This document shows, piece after piece, positions 12,221-25,300 of a stretch of DNA of 64,000 nucleotides. Each line of letters starts with the position of its first letter. Positions within the stretch are counted from its first letter, which is position 1. The position numbers and the translations under genes were made by a program. The notes beneath the pieces were generated by a model that did no database searches, had not been told where the DNA came from, and was given only the letters and a program-made list of their open reading frames with translations. Where the stretch lies: positions 17,608,001 to 17,672,000 of the forward strand of contig OZ210885.1 in NCBI GenBank assembly GCA_964658305.1, given 5' to 3'. This stretch comes from Leptogorgia sarmentosa. Taxonomy: Eukaryota.

Positions 12221-12530
12221 AGGGTGCTCAATCTCAGGTTCGATTCTTTCTCAGCATTCCAGATAACAACTTAATTATGTAATAATTCAAACGTATACAG
12301 AAATATAAATTTTCCAGACAAAAGCCTAGATAGCTTTCTGTGGAATACATAATGTATTTTGGTTTTGAGCTCAGGCCCTCGGGATGCAACAAGACAGATT
12401 TTTTACAGTGATGACCAATTTATATTTATCCATCATAACAGCTTTCCAGTTGGCACCTGCACCTTCTTTTACAGTTAAAGATCCTTCACTGGTGCAAGCC
12501 ACCCGGCTTCGTTGTTCACTGCTTGAATTA

Positions 12531-12666
12531 AGGCCGTTTTCCACTTCAAGCGTATCGTAACGTAACAGAGCATGTTCTTTTGTGTCGAAGTCATTAGATC
12601 CAATTCATTGCTCAGGAAATAATGACATATGCTACGTTACGATTCGGTTGAAGTGGAAACCAGCCT
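12531..12666. mobile_element. PIF/Harbinger MITE
   Basis: AGGCCGTTTTCCACTTCAAGCGTATCGTAACGTA / TACGTTACGATTCGGTTGAAGTGGAAACCAGCCT with TTA TSD. Confidence 0.8.
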
Positions 12667-13692
12667 TTATAGGATGTACAAGTAGAATTTGACATCAAAA
12701 CGATATTTTGAAACAGTAGCCATTGAATATATATATATATGTTTGTGAATATATGTGTTTGTGATTATGTGTTTGTTCTTATTTATTCGTTAATATCACA
12801 AGTTTTGATGTCTATTCTGTCATTCTATGTTGTTTTTACTGAAAAAATTAGGGAAAACCCACAGGGAAAATCCGTATATTCTATCTGGGCGTGCGCAGTG
12901 CGAGTATAGCTGATATGCGCATGCGTATTTTCACCAAAACAATGGCGGTTTTACGGAAGCGTATAAGTATTATCCGAGTTCCGAGTTGTAAAAGTCCGAA
13001 ATCCGAGTTTAAAAAGTCAGAGATCCGAGTTGTAAAAATCCGAGATCCGACATCCGAGTTTAAAAAGTCCGAGATCCGAGTTGTAAACAAGTCCGAAATC
13101 TCTTTCGTTAATTCAGCAATATGGAATCAGAAGAGGATGACTTGAACAAGGTTAGTAAATCACTTAATTTGTTCATTTTTGCATCGTTTTGCTTTCATGT
13201 TTAATGCCTTGAAGCGATCTTGTTTTTGTGAGCACTATTCGTTGAATGTTGTTATATAAATTATTAAGACACGCGGAGATTACTTACTAATATTATTTAA
13301 CTGCGGAAGTAGCGAGGCATTTGTCATTTCTCCTATCGTCAGCCCTTCTTTAGTCTCGCAGTTAACAACGGTTTTCTGTTAGATTGGGCCCGTTTGTTAA
13401 AGTGCAAGTGTAACAGAAAAAAATCAACCTTTCAAATTCATATATTGTAGTATTTTGGCATGGCTCATCAGGCATAGGAAATTACTTATTCGCTCTTCAT
13501 TTATTTCATGTTCAGATAAATTTCCAACATATTTTGATACTTGCTCAAATTTCAGTTGTAATTTGTATTTGAGCTTTACTCCATGAGTATACACCTGCTG
13601 CTCTTGCCCAACACTAATTAAAGCTGTCAATATTGATGATAATTAACAGGTTGCCTGCATTGTTCATAGTTGCCAACAATATTGTTCAGAAT

Positions 13693-16600
13693 AACAAGGG
13701 GGAATTTCATTTCGAACCAATCAGCGCGTTTGTTGACATTTTCGTAATAGACCAATCAGAATGCGCCAAACGCTAATATATAAACAAACGGAGTGAGAAA
13801 ATAACACCTTTTTCAAAACCCTCCGTGAGCTTTGCTTTTGAGTTTTTCATTTTAAAACTCACAAATTCTAGTTCAGCGGCACCTTCTCTATAAATTCCTC
13901 GTGTAATTCTTTAAAATTTCAACTACAACCGGAATTATCGACGTCGAAGAACAGCGGTCTTTTAAACAGAATGTCCCACCTTTAGAATGCCTGATATTTC
14001 TATTCATGCATATGAAAAAGTTAATATTTAATACCTTTCGTCATGTTTATGTATGTTGAAAATGGTCTGGAAACGACTGTTCCGGTCTCCTCAGTCGCTG
14101 TTGCCAAATATCATTGTAAATTTCGATTGGCGAAAATTGTTTGTTTTTATGTACAAATTGTAAGGGTTATATCCCAGCCAGCTGCAATAAAATCCAGAAG
14201 AAGACGCAAACAGTAGTTTTCTACGATGCACTATTGTTGTGGAACTTCTGGTCTTTGCCACAAACTTATTCTTCGCAACAGAGTGTCCACACTTTGCAGT
14301 TGTTGCAGTTGTTCGTTCTCTCGTATAAGCATTCTGTTTCGTCGTCTGATTCGTCCTCGTCACTTGTGTTCTCGTCACCATCTTCACTGGAATGGGAACC
14401 GCTATTCAGCACGGCATCATTTGCCGTTTTTCCAAGATCTTCAATCTTGGACAGCAAAGTCGCCTCACAAATCTTGCAGATGCTGACATCTGGGAGAAGA
14501 CATTCCACGTGGAATGAATGACCACAACCTCGGAACACTGTCCAGAGCAGGCTATTCTTCGTGCATTCTGGTATGTCGCATTTTCTGCAACGGATTTACA
14601 ATAACATTACAACTAACAAGTGAATATGTGCCCTATGAAACCTCGTATATAAACAGAGTATTCTAGCTTGGTATACAACCAAAGGATTCGATAACTGTAG
14701 AATACCTAGGCACTTGATTTGACATTTTGTTTGTTTTAAACTGGTAGGAAAACAACCACTAAATATATGGAATTGGAAGGTCTATTACAACAAATAACTG
14801 TGGATACAACAAACAACTACATAGCTGCTGATATTAGGATTGTGCACTCTAAGCTGCTATATTAAAAAGGAAACTTAGTCTTAGGTATTCTAGTTATATG
14901 GAACCTTTGGTACTATACAATTGACCATTACCTTGCTGGGTTTGGGGAATTCTGAACAGATGTGAATCCCAATGGGAGCACTTGGTTAGTTACAACCTTT
15001 TTGCCGAACAAATTAGGAAGCTTCCACTTCGTCATGTATTTGGCCTGCCGTGGTTTTCTTGGAAGCTCAACTGCCATGTTTGGGTTGTCATGAAGGGTCT
15101 CAAATTTATTGGTGAGGAATTCAGCAGCTTTTGCCTTGAGCACATCAATTTTTTTCCTGCTGAAGGTAAACTTCCTCGGTGGTACAAATGCTGACTGGAA
15201 TGACTGTAACATGTGTTTGCAGGCATCAATTTCTTTGGCTTTAAATGCTATCTGCTCTGGTGAATCGGTTTCCTTGGTTCGTCCTCGTAAAACAGAGTGA
15301 AAGTTTTCAACTGGGTATTCATCTAGTGCAACTAAGTAGTTGTGCAAGATTTCATACATTGTTGGGGAGTTTTTTTGCCAATGATGGAATATGGACAAGG
15401 ACACCAAAAGTGCTTTATTATAGTGGCGTCTTCTGAATACAACACACATGACCCAACATTGCAGCAATGAGAGTGAAAATTCTTGATATTTGTTGCACTT
15501 GAATACAATAGAGTAAATACTCAAGACCAGTGGAACATAGCTATCAAGAAGATTGATAAGTGTTAAGTACTCAATGTCTTTACACTTGAAAAAAACTGAG
15601 AGAACCATATCTCGTATGAGAGTCCATCCACCATAGATTATTTCCAGCAACAAGGAAATCCTCCAAGGTTTTGGTTTTTTTGCCAGCTTGGCATTTTCCC
15701 CAAAGATGAATTTGTATAAGTCTGCAAAGATCTCATGGAAAATTAGCAGTACACATTCTCTGGCATTCAAGGAAATGTGGAGTGGTCCAATTAGTGGAAT
15801 GACATTCTTGAGAACAGCTGGTGTGCTGGGAGATGTGGAGTAAACCAGTTGTCGAACATAGAACTGCATGGGCCAGTCACCAACAAAGGGAGCAACAAAT
15901 TTATCAAGGTAAATTTCTAGTCCACTAGCAAGGACTTTTTTAACTGCTGTCAGAACATTGTCACAACACTTTAGAGGTAGTTCAAGGCTGTCAACAAGTT
16001 TTGTGTTATGCATGCACCTCATTTGCTGGTTTTCAGTCTGCTGATAGTCGTGAACTAATAGTCTTTGTCTCTCCTCTTCAGGGTCAAAGTATTTTGCAAC
16101 AACCCAATCAGGCATAATTTCTGCATATGTTTTTGAAAGATTGTCCATGTTACTTGACAAGAAGGCTTTGAGTTCCGGAATTGTTACAGGACTTTTGGGA
16201 TGTAAGTCAACATTTTTGGGAATAGCTTTAACTTCAGGAAATACTTTCAAGAGAAGGGTTGCCATGTGAATGTCTTGTGTTTGTTTTTTTGCTTCAGGAC
16301 GATGCTTCGTGTGAATGTTATGGTAGTCATCAATCAGAAATATAAGCAGATGCTCATTTTCAATAGCCGATTCAATGAAGCTCTGAACAGTATCCGAATG
16401 TACAGAGGATGACAACTTTGATTGAACTTTCACTGTACGAGGGTGTGCAGTGATACCAAGATTGCGTAAGGATTCCAGTCCCTTTTCACTGATTCCAAAC
16501 TGTTGGAGTGTTCTGGACAGAGCAATCTGGAATGAATTACACCTTTGTGATTGTGAGTATACCATAATATAGATAATCACCATTGTACGAATTTTAGCCA

Positions 16601-18313
16601 AATTTCTGCGCTCATCTGACATCTGATCTGTGCATATGGCATCATAAATACAAAAATACAGATTCTCAGCATTACTGTCTCTGCAAATTTTTTGAAATCC
16701 TTCTGGATCCATTTCAGGCTGTTCCACGTTTTGCAAATGTGATCTGATGTTATTCAGATTCTATTTAAAATCAGGGCAGAGTGATGCTTGTTTTAATAGC
16801 TCATTGTATTCTTCACCTGACAAGAAAACACCATCTGTTGTCTGGCATTCAACATCAGCATAGACTTTTGATGCTGTTTTTAAAAAAGTGGAGTCCTGAC
16901 TGTCCACAGTAGTTGTCTGGCTGTGAGAACTTGCAGTAACGGTTGTTTCATCACTTAGCTGACTATTGCTGTTTTCAGGATCTTGCAGTCTTTCAAGATT
17001 TTGTTGTTCTTCAAGGGTACTGACTAATACATCACCTAGCTGGCTGCCAGAGCAAGATGGATCATCTTTTGCTTTGAATTGCTCATTCTGAACAGGTACT
17101 GGTGTTTCTGTGGTGCTAACCATGTTACTGAGCTAAAGGGTAAATGGTGCATAAAAAGGACATGTATTTTCATAGACAAGGCCTGAGTGGTATAAGTGTC
17201 TGAGCCAAGTAGATATCAGTTTGTATAGATTTACTTATATATTGGGTTCAACACTTTAACCAATGTTGTGTTGTTGCACCAGTTATTAAGAAATGAATAT
17301 AATTTACAATCCTAATTGAAACTTCAAAGATGTAATTAAAACTCACGAAAACCTTGTGTTTTTTTTCTGAATTTTTTTTAATAATTTCAATAATTTTTTT
17401 CTGAAAATAATCACAACTTTGCATACCTGTCTTTGAACTTTCCTCTCAAGTTCAGGCGAATCCTTTGGGAGAAATCTTGTGAATTTTCGTTTTTTAAAAC
17501 ATAGTCCAAGACACGAAGTGCAAAGAAATTTTACACTACGGGGAGCCTTTTTGCCCACTTCTGCCTCGACAAAACTCTCGAAAACCTTCGACAGAGAAAG
17601 CAAACCCCGTGCAGTAAGGTTCACGACTAGTCCCCCATCATTATTTGTCCACTGCTCATGAAAGGGATTACCACAACACCTCTTAAATTTAGGCATATTT
17701 TGCTTTGGAGTTTTCCAGTAGTTGTTGTAGAGATTAAGAATATTTTCCCGCCTTTTGTTCGCCTATTATATTGGCGCCAAAAAGCCTTATTTACATTTAC
17801 TGCATAATTCTGTATTACGAACATGGCGGTAAAATTCAAAAAGTATATAATACGTTCTTTCGAATATTCGATGGGGCCTGGGTGTGCAAATTTGCTATCA
17901 CATCATTCACTCAAAAAACTATTATTTGGGTAGCTTGTTAATCTAAAATTGTGTAGATCCCGTAAATGACACAATTCACCAGATACCCAAGGAAATTGAC
18001 ACACAGATGAAATAATTTTTATTTCGCCAGCTCAAATATGCTTTTCGATGCATATGATTCGACGTCGATAATTTCGGTTGTAGTTGAAATTTTAAAGAAT
18101 TACACGAGGAATTTATAGAGAAGGTGCCGCTGAACTAGAATTTGTGAGTTTTAAAATGAAAAACTCAAAAGCAAAGCTCACGGAGGGTTTTGAAAAAGGT
18201 GTTATTTTCTCACTCCGTTTGTTTATATATTAGCGTTTGGCGCATTCTGATTGGTCTATTACGAAAATGTCAACAAACGCGCTGATTGGTTCGAAATGAA
18301 ATTCCCCCTTGTT
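13693..18313 (-). mobile_element. DNA transposon with 256-bp TIRs, 9-bp TSD and an Academ-like transposase
   Basis: TIRs 13693-13948 and 18058-18313, one mismatch seen. TSD GTTCAGAAT (13684-13692, 18314-18322). Confidence 0.9.
14266..17696 (-). pseudogene. Three-exon putative DDE transposase with N-terminal Cys/His motif and C-terminal RING-type finger; one in-frame stop at 16761
   Basis: Exons 17696-17427, 17132-14932, 14584-14266 with GT-AG ends and matching phase. Motifs IDDYHN, VGDWP, IGPLHISLN, DEYPVENFH. C-terminus CDIPEC..CGHSFHVEC..CKIC. Confidence 0.75.
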
Positions 18314-18576
18314 GTTCAGAATTGTTGAGCCTGAATCAGCCCGCAATCAAGTGCAACAATGCTAAACAATATTTTTGATAACTGCGAAGAATGTGGGCAG
18401 CACAACATTGTTGCATCCTGTTCTCAACAACCTTGAACAAGTCAAAATTTTAATTTTGGCTGTACCATTACAAATGTCGAATCACACATGCTACTTCATG
18501 TAATGCAAATTTTAGTGGATCAACTTAATGAGACGCCCATTTTCAGGTTACTATGGCACAACATTGTTCAATCTTC

Positions 18577-18989
18577 AAGAAATAGAAAACATTTTCCGTG
18601 TTTCTATAGAGTTATAGAAACACGCGTGGAAGTTTGGGAGAAACGAGAAATTCCGTGGGAACACGAGCACAAAGTGCGAGTGTTTCCACACAATTTCAAG
18701 TTTCTCCCAAACTTACACAGGTGTTTCTATAACTTATAGGAACACGGAAAAAATGTTTTCTATTTCCTTTATTAAATAGCCTTTTAAAAACAATAAAAAA
18801 GATAAATTTATCGATTTTAGTTACATTCATTCAAAGATTCATTTTGTTTTTTATTTCCCGCGCAGTCCACCCAACCCGCGTGAAAATCCTCGTGTTTCAA
18901 CGTGTTGTCCTATTATAGTGTTATAGAAACACGGGTTTTTTGAGCTCTCGTGAATCAACGCCCGTGTTTTTAAAAGGATATTTTATAAT
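18577..18989 (+). mobile_element. Non-autonomous hairpin-plus-tail element (possibly Crypton-like)
   Basis: Palindrome 18577-18769 (AAGAAATAGAAAACATTTT...AAAATGTTTTCTATTTCCTT). The tail repeats GTTATAGAAACACG and ends TATAAT. Confidence 0.65.
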
Positions 18990-21900
18990 GTTATATTCAA
19001 ACCGGGCTCATAATTCTTGGCAGTGTAATATGACTCGACCCACGTCTGAGCTGCTTGTGAGAGAATGTATTGTGTCAATGTAAGGCTTGGTGGTGAGGAC
19101 GATGTGAAACAGCAATGCCTTGATCCTGTGGGGTTTTCCCTATAATCAATATTAGGGGGTTTCTAAATGCATTCAGGTCAAAAAAGATTATCCAAGATAA
19201 AATTTCAAAAAACAGATGCTAAAAGCATCAAAACATGCTCAAAGGGTTTCAGATTTGAGGGTTCTAACCATGTTCAAATTTGGGGGTATTCATGGGACAT
19301 GAATACATGGGACTGGGACACGTTATTTACCTTGTATTATTTACCATGTGTTATCAGGTAGTTGAATTCTTAAAGAAAAGGAAAGCAAGTGAGACCACAA
19401 TCAAGAACATTAAGAGGCAGAAGGTTTGCTATATTAATTTACTCAGTGTATTTGTTGGGTTAAGAACAACAGAAGCAGATATAACTCAACATAATGTGTA
19501 TCACATCAGGAATGAATCGATTTCTAATGTCTGAATTATTTCTTACGGATTGATGTGGCTTCAATCAGCAATCTAACAGAAAAAGATTTTGACGATCTTG
19601 GTGTCACTATTGGTGACAGGAGGGCACTTCAATCATCGTTTGCGTCGAGTAGCTCGAAAAAAGGAACGATAGAGAAACTCAAGGATTTTTTGAAGGCAAA
19701 GAATCAACAACGAAAGAAAGGTGGAAACAAAATCGCTGCAAAGAAAAGCACCTTAAAACTAGAGATTGGTTGGAGACATAAAAGTTGGAAAGAACAAGAA
19801 TACCGACAAGTCAAGTTCCCACAAGGTGGGGGCACAAGGCTAAAAGATTTTGATCGCAGTGCAACATATGAAACAGTTTTGAATGCAGGTAAAGATTTCT
19901 TCTTTCCAAACCGAGTAAACAAGCACAAAAGTATCTCTTTGGAAGAAATCGACCTCTTCCTTGGCAATTATTCAGGAAACTGTGTTGAATTAATTGACGG
20001 TGTTGAATTTAGCGTCGAGAGATATCGAAAAAACGCATCCGTTTCTAAGGGGAACGTTCCTAGGGTATACGTCATGAGTTCAACTAGAAAGACGACAGAC
20101 GAACATGAAACAGAAAGTGAGGCTGAAATTGGGATGAACCGTGAACATGCTAAAGAAATACTAGACGATTTTGTAGAGCAAGCATGTGCTGAGTTTGGTG
20201 ACGACCTCATGCAAGAAGTATTTGAATGGCCACCTATATCACAATGTGAAGAAGGAACATCAAGCACAACATTGCAGGCTGAGAGAGATCTCAAAAAGCA
20301 ACAGGATGAGGAATATAGACTTGCCTTAGAAGAGGATCAGCGAAAGGAGAAGGAACAAAACATGGAAAAGCAAGCTGCCAGAGAAAAAGAAGCTTTGAGA
20401 GAAGAACGGAAAACCAGAGTTCCAAATGAACCACAGATTGACGAAGATCACATCGTTGTATGTGTGAGACATCCAGATCTCGGCACTATCACTAGAGCGT
20501 TCCCTCCTAATTGCCAGATGGATGCAGTATATAACTGGAACCCAAAATCCATCACAACCGCTTAAACGAATCTGTAATAAAGGCATATACAGTAAAAGCA
20601 CATTGATTGCACATACGCATAGAATGTGAAGTTAAGATCTTGAAAATATTTTTTTTCGTTTAATTTTAAATGAAGGAGCACATATACCAAGCAATGATAT
20701 TCGACGATGAAAATGACGTAATAAATTGGCAAGGACCACTTTCACCAGACAACCGTCTGAATCCATTGGTGGACATAAACGAACACCCTCACCGGGAGGT
20801 AAAGATTTTCAGTTTTCAGAAAGTAAATTTTGGAAGCCACTTGAACCTAATGACTTACTTAGGATGCTTTGCCACAAAAAAATATTAGAAAATATAGCAT
20901 CAGAATAACTGGTTAATGTATGAACCGTTAATCTTGCATATTTTGATTTAGAATGTTGGAGAGTTTAATCATGGAAACATACCACAAAATCCGCGAAATA
21001 ATCTCGTCATGCTGACGGTCCATAGGACAACAGTGCTTGCCGACGTCATAAGTCAACTTGCACAAAATAAAGAAGTTTTGAATGATCCAGCAGTGGAATT
21101 GGCATTCACAGTAATAAATAGCAGAGGAAAGATAGAAGTAGGAGCTGGAGTTGGTGTTTGCCGTGATGTGATCGCTATGTTCTGGAAGAGGTTTCTTGAT
21201 TCCTTAACAGTTGGTACGAAAGTGCGAATTCCCACAATCAGACACGGTTATGAAGCTAAAGAATGGGATGCCATTGCATTATTCCTGCTGAAAGGGTTTA
21301 CGCAATGTGGTTACTTTCCACTTGCGCTCTCACGAGTTTATGTTAAATTAGTTCTTAGCGGAGAAGAATTCATCACTGATGAAGAATTGCTCAACGAACT
21401 GCTACGTTTTGTTGCCAAGGATGAATCAGATGTTATAAGCGAATGTTTGTCTGGGAACCTTGAGTGCGACAGCGACGAAATACTAGATGTCAGGCAAGTT
21501 CCCAATGTGAACAATGTGCGACAGGTTTTTACGAAACTTGCCCACAAAGAGATCGTGCAGAGGCCTAACTATATCACTGAGAGATGGAGTGTCATTCTGC
21601 AACCTGCAAGAGGTAGACTTCTTAAAGATTTGGACAGCTTATACGAGAAGTTGGAGCCAACGACGAAGAAAGTTGTAAAACTATTGAAGTGCGAACCAGC
21701 AAATGATGCTGAACGTCTTGTATTTGGCTATCTAAAAAAAATCGTGAAAGGATTAGAGAGCAGCCTACTCAAACGTTTCCTGACCTTCACAACTGGCTCT
21801 GATTTGATGGTATGCGATTATCTGACTGTCAATTTCACCAAAGTCGACGGTCTTTCAAGACGACCCATAGCCCATACATGCGGTCCTTGCCTGGAACTGC

Positions 21901-22375
21901 CGATTAGTTATCAGTCATTTCCAGAGTTGCGTGAGGAATTCTCGGCTATTTTAGCCCTTAGCACTTGGGAGATGGATATTGTTTAATTCGGATTGAAACT
22001 TTGTAAGATAGCCCCAACATCATTTCACTGAATTGTGTTTCTGTTGCATGTATGCCAAACCAGTTTTCATGATGAAGTCATGAAGATCATGTAAGGGTGA
22101 ACGGTGAACTGTTCTACATTAGATTAGTTTGACATTTAAACTTGAGTTGATACATATTAATATTAAGAACAGAATTTGTGTTCCGTGAACATGCTTGGCA
22201 TGCATGTCCAAAAGTTGTAATGTTAGTTGGTCAATGGCCAGTAGAGGATTGTATTCTGGCAATGAGTAAAGCTTATAATGGGTGATTTATAGCATCTCGA
22301 ATTAATGTAAACCTTATCGCTTATTCAATGTTGGGTAATTTCATTTGGTTGCATTTTTTTAAAATTTGACATTAA

Positions 22376-25300
22376 TTACTGCTCTGCAACCAGCTCTGTA
22401 CACGTTGTTACAAGGTTACCATAAAGTTCTAATGCTTCATCGTTTGTAGTCGGCATTTGCCAATTATTTTCTCTCAACAACAGGCAAAATACCTCTGCAA
22501 ACACTGTGTCACAACCAAATGGTAGTTTCCCACGTGTAAGTGAAGAAGCCAATTCCAATAAGATCGGAGTCAAATTTTATTTTGTAATTTTCTGCCTGCT
22601 GAAGATCTGGTAAGTAGTAAAGAACGTCCGGTTTACCAGGCGGGCATTCCTGATGCCTTGTTGCCCGAATTTTATGGGCATTCCACCGAATTCTGATTGA
22701 GTCTAAGTCTTTTTGAATTAAGGCCATAAAACAGAATTGTAAGCACGCCTTTTGTACTGGTTCTGTATCATTATACACACCGCTATTCCTCAAGTCTTTG
22801 AAATAATTTATCCACCAGTTAGCTGCACCATACTGTTATATATTCATAGTTACTTCCTCTCTTAGACTTCCGGTTTTATGTATATAAATAGCAAGCTCCT
22901 CTGTATAGGCGACACCATAGTAATAAAGATATAACGAAGATATATATTGCAATCCTTATCAATCAAGATACACTATCGAAACAATGCAACATAACATGGT
23001 GGCAGCGGTAGGATAGAAGACCCAGCTCGTCAATGTGAGCGATTTTTTCGACACAAACGATAGAAACGAAGGAAATATTGGACAAAGCATTTAGGCATAG
23101 AAAACACTTCAAAATGGCGTTCAATGCACCATTTTCAGCACCTCAAATGGATTGGGAAACTAACGACTCAATCTTAGCGTTTGGCAAATTCAAGCAAAAA
23201 TGTGAGCTGATATTCAAAAGTATACTCAAAGACGCTGAGGGAGAAGAACAAGTCAGTTATATCCTGCTATGGGTTGGTGAACAAGGTCTCGATATATACA
23301 ACAGTTGGACATTCGAAGACAGGGAAGATAAGAAAGACCCAGCAAAGATTCTCGATAGATTTATGGAACATTTGGAGCCACGGACAAATCATCGAATTCA
23401 CAGGTATACTTTACAAGGTATGCGACAAGACCAAGGTGAGTCAGTCGATAATTTTATTGCCAAGATTAAAAATGTCGCAGCCAAATGCAAGTTTAGTGGA
23501 AATAAACAAATCGAGGACAGATTACTAGATCAACTAATCTGGGGTACAAATGATCCTGAAGTTCAGAAATCCCTAATTGGGCGCGATGAAAAACTAAGAT
23601 TAAATGCTGCCATAGATATTGCTAGAAGCTATGAAGCAACGAAGCGTCAAATGAATACATTATCAAATCAAAATAAAGGAAATCCCCAGCGAATTGATAA
23701 CATTAATCGCAAGAAGTTGGACCCTGATAATAGAAATAATAGAAAGTGTAGGAATTGTGGCAAAACTCACAAACTGCCAAATAAAGGGAACTGCCCAGCC
23801 CATGGTACCACATGTAGAAACTGTGGCAAGTTAAATCACTGGCAATTAGTATGCAAAGCACCAAAGAGTCAACATAGATCAAAGTCGCCACACCGAAAAA
23901 GCAAAAAAGTAATTAATAGTCTTGAGAAACAAAGTGAGAATGACCCGTATGCAGATATCCCAACAATTGGCACTATTGAAATAAATAGTGTGGAGAATCA
24001 TAATAATACTACTAGGGAAGAAATATTTACTACCCTACGTGTTAACCGTAAGAATGGAGATATAAATCTAAAATGCAAAGTAGATACGGGTGCTCAGAGC
24101 AATGTATTGCCTATTCATTTGCTTCGCATTCTATACCCTGAATTAATTAATGCGGAAGGAATGCCCAGGGACGGTGCTCTGCAAAGAAGTGATATTATTT
24201 TAACTGCATATGGGGGAACTGAGATTACCCAATTTGGAAAAATAGTGATACCATGTCAGCACAAAAAAGGAAAATTTAACTGTATCTTTTACGTAACTGA
24301 TGCAGTAGGGCCTGCTATATTGGGAATAAAAGCATGTAGAGCCCTCGAACTGGTTTCACTTCATTGTGCACTAGAAACAAAAAGTGTTCAAGGAAACAAC
24401 ATCTCTCGAGATGTTGCACAGGAGTCTAGTAAAGAGAAAATAAAGTCTAATAAGAGTGTTAGCTTTGCAGATCAAGCAAAGATAATAAATCAGCAACAAA
24501 ATCGGTCCAGAAATTATATCAAATCATCTGTACCAATAACAGATCGTCCTCGTATAAAGGACAAAGATCATTTAATTGAGATGTATCCAGAATGTTTTGA
24601 TGGATGCGTTGGATGTTTTGAAGATTACACCTACCATATTACCCTAGATCCTAAAGTTAAACCAGTTGTTCATGCACCTCGCAGAGTACCATTAGAACTG
24701 GTAGATAAACTAAATCTCGAACTTAATGAGATGGAAAAGAACGGGGTAATAGAAAAAGTAACAAAACCTACTGACTGGGTTAATTCTATAGTAATAAGAG
24801 AAAAGCCCGATGGAAGACTTCGTTTATGTCTTGACCCTAAAGACTTCAATAAAGCAATCATGCGGGATCATTACCCAACACCCACCTTAGAGGAAATCAC
24901 CCCAAACTTAGCTGGAGCTAGAGTATTCAGCAAAATAGACGCTCGTAACGGATACTGGAATGTTAAGTTGGATGAGGAATCATCCTATTTAACCACTTTC
25001 AATACACCAAATGGTCGTTATAGATTCCTTAGGATGCCATTTGGTCTTCGAATGAGCCAAGATGTTTTTCAATTCAAGATCGATGAAACGTATCGAAACT
25101 GTCCTGGCGCTACTGGAATCGCAGACGATATCACGGTCCATGACCGAGATGAATCAAATCATGATCTACATCTTCATGATGCAATGGAACGTACAAGAAT
25201 GGCTGGCATCAAACTCAACCAAGACAAGTGCATCATCAAGGCTTCTGAATGTAGTTTTTTTGGTATGGTATACACCGCAAGTGGAGTCAAACCAGATCCA

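Larger units (their letters stand above)
13121..21986 (+). pseudogene. Spliced SAM - coiled-coil/UBX - HECT E3 ubiquitin ligase gene (G2E3-like HECT), partly damaged
   Basis: Proposed exons 13121-13150, 19358-19423, 19549-~20540, ~20675-20797, ~20953-21986. Joined N-terminus MESEEDDLNK/VVEFLKKRKASETTIKNIKRQK/IDVASISNLTEKDFDDLGVTIGDRRAL is SAM-like. QQDEEYRLAL..VRHPDLGTITRAF is UBX-like. HECT ends FLTFTTGS..PIAHTCGPCLELP (Cys codon 21879). Confidence 0.75.

Noticed and set aside
12975..13100. CRISPR or iteron array, or repetitive ORFs
   Set aside because: These are subrepeats inside the IS3EU-like TIR, mirrored at ~28465-28590.
22997..23014. tRNA gene
   Set aside because: Only a primer-binding site complementary to a tRNA 3' end.
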